Shown in pieces: positions 1-9,100 of a stretch of 64,000 bases of DNA. Location: the NCBI GenBank assembly GCA_963697895.1, contig OY969100.1, positions 32,001-96,000 on the forward strand, read 5' to 3'. The notes beneath the pieces were generated by a model, which was given only the letters and a program-made list of their open reading frames with translations, was not told the origin of the DNA and made no database searches. The translations under genes were made by a program, and so were the position numbers. The stretch comes from an uncultured Methanomicrobiales archaeon (GTDB taxonomy: Archaea > Halobacteriota > Methanomicrobia > Methanomicrobiales > Methanospirillaceae). Each line of letters starts with the position of its first letter. Position 1 is the first letter of the stretch.

Positions 1-828
1 CCGTATCGAAGCATGCCCGAGGTTTTCCTGGACGACCCGGAGATTTTTTGAGCGCCGGTAGAGTTCGCTTGCGTAACTGTGCCGTATCTTGTGCGGGGTG
101 ATCCCGGGAGGCGCATATTTTTTGAAGATATGCTCGATGGTCCGGGGAGAGATGTGCCTCCCCTGCTGCCCGAGAAACAGCGGCCCTACGATCCTTTTAC
201 CCACAAAGCGGTCGATATCCTTCAGGGTGTCCCCGTCCACGAAGACGATCCGGATCTTTCCGCCTTTTCCCGTTACCCTGATCGTCTGGTCCTCGGGATC
301 GATATCCTCGATATTCATCGCGGACAACTCGGATACCCGGACCCCCGTGGCGTAGATCAACCGTACGATCAGCCGCTCTTTCTCGTCGGGGATGGACTCG
401 ATCAACTTCATCACCTGGTTGTGTTTCAGGTACACGAGCTCCTTTTCCTTGATCTTCGGCCGGATTACGCCGATCATCGGGTTCGCGGCAACTGCTCCCT
501 GCGTGGTCAGGTACCGGTAGAATGAACTGAGCGTGGAGATGACCCGATGAAGCGTTGTCGGTTTGTAGGTGCGGAGGGAATTCAGGAACCCGAGGAACTC
601 GGTGATCATCGCCGGGGTGACGACCACATCGGTATCGAGGCGGGTATTGGGAAAATCCGTCCAGTACTGGGCAACCTTTGCCGAATCCACATTCCGGCGG
701 ATCCAGACGTAGTACCCGAAGTGCCGGATAACCTGCTCGTAGCTCGAGAGGGTCCGGGCCGAATAATTCCGCATCCGGAGGTAATCCCGGTAGCTGTTCA
801 GCCACTCCGAAAAATAACCCCCATCCAT
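1..828 (-). CDS. xerA: XerA/XerC-family tyrosine recombinase (3' end runs off the window)
   Basis: Not in the ORF track because it runs off the edge. My translation from ATG 828 reads MDGGYFSEWLNSYRDYLRMRNYSARTL...YATGVRVSEL...VTGKGGKIR...TPHKIRHSYASELY...LRVVQENLGHASIR, giving the catalytic R, K, HxxR and LGH motifs plus an N-terminal core-binding domain. Confidence 0.9.
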   Translation of the reverse strand, partial: MDGGYFSEWLNSYRDYLRMRNYSARTLSSYEQVIRHFGYYVWIRRNVDSAKVAQYWTDFPNTRLDTDVVVTPAMITEFLGFLNSLRTYKPTTLHRVISTLSSFYRYLTTQGAVAANPMIGVIRPKIKEKELVYLKHNQVMKLIESIPDEKERLIVRLIYATGVRVSELSAMNIEDIDPEDQTIRVTGKGGKIRIVFVDGDTLKDIDRFVGKRIVGPLFLGQQGRHISPRTIEHIFKKYAPPGITPHKIRHSYASELYRRSKNLRVVQENLGHASIR

Positions 829-850
829 GGTTTATTCTTTAGAAATCTCC

Positions 851-868
851 TTTAATATACTTTTTGCA
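851..868 (-). promoter_or_regulatory. Putative BRE/TATA promoter of xerA
   Basis: Minus strand reads TGCAAAAAAGTATATTAAA about 25 nt upstream of the ATG at 828, consistent with a leaderless transcript. Confidence 0.5.
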
Positions 869-937
869 GAGAATAATCATTCTCCGCAAAAATTTCCGGT
901 GCGATTATTTTTCTCGGAGAAGGGTCCATCACTACAG

Positions 938-1306
938 GTGAACCGTATACATTCCCCCTCTTCCCCATGGGAATACCACCGCCTGCACCGGGTGAAGAAG
1001 CAGGTCCGGATCAAGGGATATGATAACAAACGTGACACAGCCCGATACCAGACTCAAAACAGACGGGAACCACTCGAGATCATCGCATACAAGCAGGGAA
1101 GATGTGAAAAATGCGGAATTGTCTGTGACGGAACCAATATCGTCATCTTTGATCTCCATTCTCCGGATCCGGCGGGGAAGGATGTAACTCTGGACGGTAA
1201 AGTCGTCTGCCTGGAGAAAGAGGAGATCGACAGTTTGGTCCTCGTCTGCAAGAACTGTCATGCGCTTATTCATTCTTCCAATGGTATAAACCGGGAAATC
1301 AGCTAA
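938..1306 (+). CDS. Small HNH-endonuclease-like Zn-binding protein (start uncertain: GTG 938 or 992)
   Basis: ORF 827..1306 C-terminal half: GRCEKCG...IFDLHSPDP...EEIDSLVLVCKNCHALIH, the CxxC...H...CxNCH layout of McrA-type HNH proteins. Confidence 0.65.
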   Translation: MNRIHSPSSPWEYHRLHRVKKQVRIKGYDNKRDTARYQTQNRREPLEIIAYKQGRCEKCGIVCDGTNIVIFDLHSPDPAGKDVTLDGKVVCLEKEEIDSLVLVCKNCHALIHSSNGINREIS

Positions 1307-2360
1307 ATTTCCTTCTCCTTTCTCATCAATACCCGCACTTTGGGGGATTTATTCCGGAAATATCCGGATCCCGGGAAGATCCCATCATACGATCTGCAGA
1401 AAAACCAAACCGAATCATTCGATTTGCAGATCCCGTTCCGATCATCCGATTTTTTTAAAGATCCCACTCTCCGATCATCTCCAATGATGAACCCATCCCG
1501 GTTTATCCGATCGGGTACATTCCGCGGCTCGCGGATCATTCAGACCCTTCATTCTTCCAGCCAGGGAATGGTCCCCACTCTGCAAGTAACCGATTTCGCC
1601 GTATCCCCAAGATTGCAGCCATTTTATAATCCTGAATCCTGATCTCCTGCGGTTGGGGAAACTTCTTCAGATTACGGATTCACAGGGATCTTTCAAGGGC
1701 AAAGCCAGCATTTTTGATCCATCAATCGGATCGAATGAGGGACAATATCGCCAAAAACAGTGTAAAATGAGGTATAATATATCCCGGTCTATTATCGGCC
1801 ATTCTCATCGTGCAAATCGCCTCAAATTATCGTCCTTTTTAAAACGAATTTATGGGCCCACAGGATACATATTGAGGCATATCTTTCACCGCCGATCACG
1901 TAACTCAGGCTGAGATGAGAGATCAAGGGGAACCTTTCCTGAAAATCTTTCAAGCCGAACATGAAAGTTTTCAGAATGATGGTGAATGACGTTCCCCCTT
2001 GATCTCCCGCCCAAAAACAGGGAACCAACTCCTGCAATCGTCCCTCGTCGAGGATCATAAATACTTTGATGGGCGTTGCATGAACCCATTTCTTCAGTCT
2101 TCAAATGAACGGACTCTTATTTGGCAGCATTTTCATAAGGATATACATCTATAAACCATATAATGCTATATTTGATGCTGCCTTCCGATGAACCCTTTTT
2201 CCTGATGAGCAACCCGGTTTTAGACCCTTCTGGGTTTGTATCCCTGATCGAGATAATACATACAAAATAGTTATACCATATATTATTCAATTGGGAAAAT
2301 AACCTCCCAAAAAGCCTTAAAATAAGGAATAAGGATATAAATAACGTATTTATGGGGTAT

Positions 2361-3114
2361 ATTAACACTGTTAACAAATGGAAAGGTCAGCCTGCTCGAA
2401 TGGATCAAAGGCTTTTTTGCATCCAATCAGAGAAATTCCTAATATTCTTCGATTTATGTCTGTATGGTAACACTGTTAACGCCTGGCCGGATTCATGACC
2501 GTATGGTAACACTGTTAACACCTGGCCGGCTACCCTTTTGAATCGTGCAATACCTCGGTCAAATATAATTCAGAGATGAAAACTCTCTATTATTACGGTT
2601 ATGTTAAATCTTTTAACGTCACCGGGAACGACCGCTCTGGATCAAAATTAAAACGCGCTTTTCCCTTCAAAAGGAAATTGAATCCCCACTACAGACTATG
2701 GCATGTTAACAACGTTAACATATGGTTGTTGACTTCCGGAATCGTGCAATAAAACGTTATAAACCAAAATGCGAACCTGGAACAGTATAACACAGGTACC
2801 ATTAACACTGTTAACTTCATCCGGAAACGGGCACTTTAATCGAAATTACCGTGATCTTCATTTCAAAAGGAAAATAGCTCCCTTCGACACATACGTCATA
2901 TGTTAACAACGTTAACATAGACTGATAACTCCCTGGAATCGAGCAAACACCGGTTAGAGATAATCCAGAAACGGGAACCGTCTGACGGGGGAATATTAAA
3001 GGTGTTAACGCTCCATATCCGGGTTTTCAGAATCGAAATCTTCCGTTATTCATCCCTGAATGGAAAAATTCACCCTTGACCCGGAGGAAAATGGGCAATG
3101 TTAACGATATTAAC
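2361..3114. repeat. Array of nine 15-bp palindromes (consensus GTTAAC-N3-GTTAAC), about 100-bp period
   Basis: Copies start at 2361, 2466, 2505, 2603, 2705, 2801, 2902, 2995 and 3100. Copies 2 and 3 belong to a 39-bp direct duplication (GTATGGTAACACTGTTAACRCCTGGCCGG). Confidence 0.9.
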
Positions 3115-3120
3115 AGCAGG

Positions 3121-3161
3121 TATTTATAGCGGATCTGCCTATGTGCAGGTGTCAGGAGGTG
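3121..3161 (+). promoter_or_regulatory. TATA box and RBS of hsp20
   Basis: TATTTATA at 3121-3128 and AGGAGGT at 3154-3160, immediately before ATG 3163. Confidence 0.65.
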
Positions 3162-3162
3162 T

Positions 3163-3468
3163 ATGTATATGGTGAAAATCGCACGAATGTCTCCGGAGGT
3201 ATGTGCAATGCCGGATGAAAAACATGAGAATCTCCATATCGAGATTCAGCTGCCGGGCGTGGACAAAGAGAAGATCAGCCTCAAGATGCACGAGGACAGC
3301 TTCAATATCCACGCGACCAGGGAAGACGTCGAATATTCCGGTTCCTACGCGGTCTGCTGCCCGATCGATTACGGTAAGGCAAAAGCCCGCTATAAAAACG
3401 GCCTTCTTACGGTCGATGTGCCGTACATGAAACCGGGACCGAGCGGAAAGAAGATCCCGATCGACTGA
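3163..3468 (+). CDS. Hsp20/alpha-crystallin family small heat-shock protein
   Basis: IEIQLPGVDKEKISL...AKARYKNGLLTVDVP...GKKIPID alpha-crystallin motifs; strong RBS. Confidence 0.9.
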   Translation: MYMVKIARMSPEVCAMPDEKHENLHIEIQLPGVDKEKISLKMHEDSFNIHATREDVEYSGSYAVCCPIDYGKAKARYKNGLLTVDVPYMKPGPSGKKIPID

Positions 3469-3595
3469 CCGGAGGCCGGAGAGCGCTCCCGGCAGGGAAC
3501 CAGAATACCCGGTCTCCCCCAGCGGTATTTCTTATACTCGCCGGTCTGCAGGGGTCCCCTTTTTTTCTCCGATGCCTGCACAGGTAATCTATCGC

Positions 3596-4318
3596 ATGTA
3601 TATCCTCTGCCACCTCGCAGCCGGCATCGTGATCGGGATTCTTCTCTTCTGGTACTTTCGCGACCCTATCCTGATCGTTGCCGCCGCGATCGGGAGCATC
3701 CTCCCCGATCTCATCGATAAACCGCTCGGATACATTGTCTTTGAGGCCACGCTCGATTATGGACGGATCTATGCGCACACCGTCCTGTTCTTCCTCGTCG
3801 TCCTCGTTATCGGCCTCCTCGTATGGTACCGGTACCGTTCTTTCGCGGGTGTCGCCCTCGCCCTCGGCGTCCTCTCCCACGATCTCCTCGATGCGATGTG
3901 GGCCGAACCGGCGAACTGGTACTACCCGTTCCTCGGGCCGTTCCAGGGAAGACACGTCGAGAACTTTTTCCTCTCCGGTCTTATGCAGGAACTGACCAAC
4001 CCCTCGGAGTGGCTCTTTGCCTTCGCGGTTCTCCTTATCCTTATCTGCGTCCTGAAGGCACGGGGATCTCCGTTCATCATCCGGCATGGACGCATCTTCT
4101 TCGTGCTCTCCCTCGTGCTGATCGTCATACTCGGCGGAGCCGGGCTGTTCATCCTGTATGCGGGATTTACGGGAGCGTTCTCGATACTGACCGGATGGAT
4201 GGACCAAGGGGATAATGTGATCGCCGGGGTTGTCATGGTCGGGATTTCACTCCTGGCAGCTGCAGGCCTCCGGTATGGACGGCTCTGTCCGGGTACCCCG
4301 GATGCTCCCGGATCCTGA
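3596..4318 (+). CDS. Membrane-bound metal-dependent hydrolase (YdjM-like)
   Basis: H near the N-terminus, GSILPDLIDK, GRIYAHT and LSHDLLD motifs; multiple TM segments. Confidence 0.85.
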   Translation: MYILCHLAAGIVIGILLFWYFRDPILIVAAAIGSILPDLIDKPLGYIVFEATLDYGRIYAHTVLFFLVVLVIGLLVWYRYRSFAGVALALGVLSHDLLDAMWAEPANWYYPFLGPFQGRHVENFFLSGLMQELTNPSEWLFAFAVLLILICVLKARGSPFIIRHGRIFFVLSLVLIVILGGAGLFILYAGFTGAFSILTGWMDQGDNVIAGVVMVGISLLAAAGLRYGRLCPGTPDAPGS

Positions 4319-4680
4319 TTCTTCAGCTGAGATCTAATCTCCCACGGGAAAAAAAATGCCGGAGAGCACGGGTGTCTTTAGGGGATTCCCGGATCCCGTC
4401 GGGGGGGAAAATAATTCCCGTTTATTTCACTGCTTTCATTTTGCATTCTTTCGTCATTCACCGGACCCGGGATCGTCGCCGGAAAAAAAGATCTTCCGGG
4501 GCTGGTCCGTCGGGCCGGCACTCTGGCACACGCCACTGCCGGCCGTGATAGCCATCGCTCCCGGTTCTGATGAGATCTTCAGCGGTCATTGTGGTTACCG
4601 TGCCGGATATCGTTCCGGGAAACGGTTAACGCTTTTCTCCCGCGGAACCGAAATCCCTCTGAGAAACCGTGAGTGGATTC

Positions 4681-4809
4681 CTATTTCTTTGCTTCCCTCT
4701 TAAACCCCTTTTTGCACTTCGGGCAGCAGACCCGCGCTGAGGTGGATTTACTCTCCCAGCGGTATCCGCAGCCCGGGCAGGTGAGGGTGGATAAAGGTTC
4801 TTCTGGCAT
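4681..4809 (-). CDS. Small zinc-ribbon protein (about 42 aa)
   Basis: MPEEPLSTLTCPGCGYRWESKSTSARVCCPKCKKGFKREAKK: two CxxC knuckles and a basic tail. Confidence 0.65.
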   Translation of the reverse strand: MPEEPLSTLTCPGCGYRWESKSTSARVCCPKCKKGFKREAKK

Positions 4810-5053
4810 ACCGATCATGGGCATATGGGATGTCCTGCATGTAAAGTCATCTGACGGGGATCTCGTCCGGCATCGAACGGGTTCCTTCGTTTCCGGGGTT
4901 GACCACAATCCGGACCATGACCCCGGGAAGGATCGTCATTGCGCATGCGAAGCCTCGATCGTGCTCTCCGCCCGTTACAGACGGAAACGATCCCGGCACT
5001 TTCCTCTGCCGAAGCCCATATCTCTCCCCTGCACGCATATCACCGATCATCGC

Positions 5054-5923
5054 ATGATCGTTCCAACACCCGAATGGGAACTCTTTGGCGGTTCGATCGA
5101 TAGCGGCACGATCTATCTCCTCGGTGCCAGCGACACCGGGAAGAGCACCCTTTGCCGGTACCTGATCGGACACGCAGCATCCGGCGGGCCGGTGGCGTAC
5201 CTCGACGGGGACACCGGGCAGTCCACGATAGGTCCGCCGACCACGGCCGGCCTCGCCATCTATGACGGTGACCCGGACGTCCCGGTCGCCGAACACCTCC
5301 GGTTCGTCGGCGATGTCTCCCCCCGCGGGCACCTCCTCCCGGAGATCGCCGCACTCAAGCGCCTGCAGGAGAGGGCACGGGAATACCATCCCCGGCTGAC
5401 GATCATCGATTCACCGGGATATGTCCGGGGAGATGTCGCCCGGGAATACCAGTTCCACCAGATAGATCTCCTCCAGCCGGATCACCTCATCGCCCTGGAG
5501 GAGGGCGACGAGCTGGAAGAGATCCTCAGCCTGTTCCGGAGGCACCCTGCCATGCAGGTCCACCGGTTCAGGGTATCCCCGCTCGTGAAGAAACGCTCCC
5601 GGGAATGGCGGCAGCGATACCGGGAGGAACGGTTCGGGCGCTACTTCTCCGGGTCGGTCACCCGGGAGATCTCCATCCGGGGGATCGGGTTCCATGGCCG
5701 CGTTCCCGGCTCTTTCCGGCAGGAAGACTGGCAGGATCTCCTGATTGCGCTCTGCGACCCGGAACAGGATGTTCTTGCATTGGGCCTCGTGAAAGGGATC
5801 GATCCCCTGAACGGCTCGATCACGGTCTTCGGACCGGCATTCGATCGGTTCCGGTTGTCATCCGTTCACGTGGGGTCCATCCGGCTGGACCCGGAGGGGT
5901 GGGGTACCATTTCTGTGGATTGA
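5054..5923 (+). CDS. Clp1/Grc3/Nol9-family polynucleotide 5'-hydroxyl kinase
   Basis: Walker A GASDTGKS, LDGDTGQSTIGPP, IIDSPGY and R-rich lid SREWRQRYREERF. Start moved to MIVPTPEW; the longer ORF N-terminus overlaps the opposite-strand Zn-ribbon gene. Confidence 0.85.
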   Translation: MIVPTPEWELFGGSIDSGTIYLLGASDTGKSTLCRYLIGHAASGGPVAYLDGDTGQSTIGPPTTAGLAIYDGDPDVPVAEHLRFVGDVSPRGHLLPEIAALKRLQERAREYHPRLTIIDSPGYVRGDVAREYQFHQIDLLQPDHLIALEEGDELEEILSLFRRHPAMQVHRFRVSPLVKKRSREWRQRYREERFGRYFSGSVTREISIRGIGFHGRVPGSFRQEDWQDLLIALCDPEQDVLALGLVKGIDPLNGSITVFGPAFDRFRLSSVHVGSIRLDPEGWGTISVD

Positions 5924-6054
5924 GCCTCCGCGATCCGACAGAATGTTGGTATGGACCGTAATAGTTCCCACGATTACGCTCTGGTGACTTCGTCCCCTCC
6001 CCCCATTACAGCCAACACTTGGTAGGATAAGAGTTCCCTCTCCGGGTTCGGGGT

Positions 6055-6104
6055 AAAAAAAGGAAGATTAGGAAAAGGGATATTCCCTTTCCGTGGTTCA
6101 CCGC
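6055..6104 (-). terminator. Hairpin plus U-tract terminator of giant gene copy 1
   Basis: Sense strand GGAAAGGGAATATCCCCTTTTTCC...CCTTTTTTT after the TAG. Confidence 0.6.
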
Positions 6105-9100
6105 CTAGATGGGCGGGAGCATGGCGAGGATGTAGTCGCGGGGCGGGAACGGGGACGGTGCCGGGTTGTCGCTGTCCGCCCAGGACTCGCCGTGGGTGTA
6201 CCCGAAGTTGGGGTCGGCGATCAGGCTCTGTTCGACGAACTTCCCGCTGGTCGCGTCGCCGTTGCTCGCCTGGGTATATGTCGCGCTGGTGTCGAAGTTG
6301 AGGATACCATTGTGGAATGATCCGCCATCCGGGTCAAGGAAGGCCCAGGTGTGACCGTTGGCGACACTCACCGTGGCATTGTCTTCAGGGATACCGAAGT
6401 CCGGGAAGCTTGCCCGTGCCGCTGCGGAGAGGTTCACCTTCGTCATGTCCGCATTCGCAAAGGTCCCCGCCGCATCGTTGGTCGCGTTCACCTCGGCACC
6501 GAAGAGTGCGAGGGCGTCTGCATGGGATGCGTTTGCAGGATCGTTCACATAATTCGTGAAGTTGACCGAGGCGTTCTGCTGTACCCATCCGAAGGTGAGC
6601 GATTCTGCCAGGTTCGCGTCGGTGACCTTGATCGTACTGATCCCCATGCCGGAGGCATTCGAGGTGGAGTTCACGGCTGAAGCCGCCAGGTCCCGGTCGA
6701 AGACGTTGCTGTCTGCTGCTGCGGTTCCGACCGCATCGTACCCGGCAGAGGCATCGGCAGTCGCTTTCTTGCCGAAGCCCTCGCCTCCCGCATAGCTGAA
6801 GAGGAGGTTCTTGTCGGTGACGGTCTCGAGGCTTAAGTCGACGTGCGCATCGCTTGTCGATCCGACGCCAGCGAGACCGAGCGCAACTCCGTTGCTGGCC
6901 GCTGCCTTGCTCCACACGGTTGCATCGCTCGATGCACTGGTGGTCGGGCTCAGGGGGGTGCTGCCGTATTCGGGCACCAACTGTACTCCGTCAGCATTGG
7001 CCGATCCGCATGCATCCGCACCCGTATCGCCCTTCGTCCCGTTCGTTGCGGAGAAGCTGGCGATCAGGGTCGTGTCATGGTTGTCCATGGTGGGGAGATA
7101 GCCACCCGCAAGAGGATCGGGAGAGACCGAGTTCTCGCCAATTGCCAGGATGAGCGAGGCCGATATCGGGTCCTTGCACTTGTCGCCGCCTACTGCAGAG
7201 GCTGAAACTCTTCCATCGGCAGCGCTCGTCTGCGTGCTGTTCCAGTTCGGTACCGCTGCATAGCTCAGGGCATTGGTGTCTCCGCTTGCCGACCCGGAGG
7301 CCTTGGCCGTCTCCTTCGGGCAGTCTGTCTCCGCAACGGCGAGGTCCGCGATTACGGAGAAGACGTCCTGGTCGGCCTGGGGAATGCCGTTGCCCAAAGC
7401 ATCGGATTCCAGGTCAGTGAATGAACCGGATGCCTCGCCCGCAAGGGACAGGCCAAACCCGCCCTTCGCGGCTTCGGCAGCGGAACTGGCGCTGGATCCC
7501 GAGAACGAGGACGAAGTGGCGTTGATGTCGGGCGTACCGTCATCGGTCGTATCCGCAGTGAACTGGCTCAGAGCAGTCGCATCCCGATCCATGATGGGGA
7601 TACACTCGACAACGGTTGTTTTTCCAACCTTCCTGCTCTTATATTCCTTGTTGACGTCGGCCGTAGCCTTACCGTCGCCGTCCGCCACCGACAGCGCTCC
7701 GTCGAGGGTGATGGCGTGCTCCTCAGCAGTAACGTCTTCCCCGATAACGCCGGCATTCACTTCGCTGGAGGCACCCTGGGCTGCGACCCCGAGGGCGAAG
7801 CCGTCGGCGCTTGTTGTTGCGGCAGTAGTCTTGACCTTGGCGTCAGCGGTGCTCGTTGAGTTCCAGATATAGAGGCTGGCATCTTCCGGAGTTGTATTCA
7901 CGACAAGGGAAGAGTCCGCAAAGGCCGTGCCGTCGGCAGCTCCCCAGGTATCGGCAGACTTGCCCCACGATGCCGAGAGGCTCCCGACCGTGGCGGCGCT
8001 GTAGGTATCTCCGCTTCCGGCGAACTCATTTGTCCCATCAGGCATGAATATGAGACCGTCCTCGTCGATGTCGGTGAATGCGACGATCGCCGACGCCGAG
8101 AGCGGGTCTCCGCAGCCGGCGTTCGCGTTCCCACTCACCTTACCGGAGGCATCGGTCGTGCTGGCACCGGCCATGTACATCCCGCTGAAATCAATACCCC
8201 TGCCGAGGTCTACGTAGAAGGTACTGCTGGTACCTGCCTCGCCATTGGCATTGGTATTCGCGATTGCAGACCCGGATTTGCCGAACTGCTGGGCGAATGC
8301 GACCTGGGCGACCATGCTCCCTGCAGTACCTTCACCATGGTCGGTGTTTCCGGTCGGACCGGCACTGGTGCCTTCACCGGCGAGGAGGACATCTGCCGCG
8401 AGCGCAATTCCATTCTTGGTCTGGACATCGGAGCATGCCGTGCCATCGGCAAAGGCAGCCGAGGTGACATTCAGCAGGGTGACATCAGGATCGGTGACCA
8501 CGTTCAGGACGGACCCGTTCGCTTCGGTCTGGCCGTCTGCGTATGCGTGTGCCCCTGCGGTGCCGGCGGCGAATCCTCCGGTCCCGATAAGGGCGACGTC
8601 CACGAGGTCGCCTTCGTCGCTGGCAAAGTCAGCGGACCCGATCGCTGCTGCGGAGAGCCCCAGCCCGCCATTTGCGTTGGCAGACGTGCTGACCGTGCCG
8701 GACGAACTCGATGGCCCGAAGGGACTAAATCCTCCGGCTGCATTCGCATTCCCGGTTGCCGTGCCCCAGGTGCTACCGGATGCGGCTCCGGATGTGCCCG
8801 CGATCAGGGTCGCGTCAAGTCCCTGTGACTCGTCGATCCCCTGTGCGGAGACCCCGAGGATCACCGATGCGGATGCCGGGTCGTGGTCGGACTTTGTCCC
8901 GGCGACCGCTCCGCCCTCGACCCTGCCGGATGCATTGCTGCTCCCGATGGATCCATAGTTTATACTGTCAGGTATTTCCGTTACTGTATGCTGCCCGACT
9001 GCCGCGGTCTCGCCGTCTGCGCAGGCGCTGGCGGTCTTTTTACCGCTGTCGCTCCCGGATGCGGAGACCGACTGGGAGATGACGCTGATCTCAAGGAGAT

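Noticed and set aside
79-855. ORF-track entries 79..525, 197..805 and 547..855
   Set aside because: These are shadow or off-frame ORFs of the xerA gene, which occupies another minus-strand frame.
2117-2377. 86-aa minus-strand ORF next to the array
   Set aside because: AT-rich, with no recognisable motif or RBS; likely spurious.
2361-3114. Palindrome array as CRISPR or canonical ORB origin boxes
   Set aside because: The repeats are only 15 bp and degenerate, the roughly 85-bp spacers are homologous in alternation, and there is no TCCA-GAAA/G-string ORB consensus or cdc6 gene in the window.
6060-6107. Pyrrolysine read-through of the TAG stops followed by hairpins in the giant genes
   Set aside because: Downstream frames are not conserved (copy 4 hits TGA after one codon), and the hairpins plus U-tracts fit terminators.
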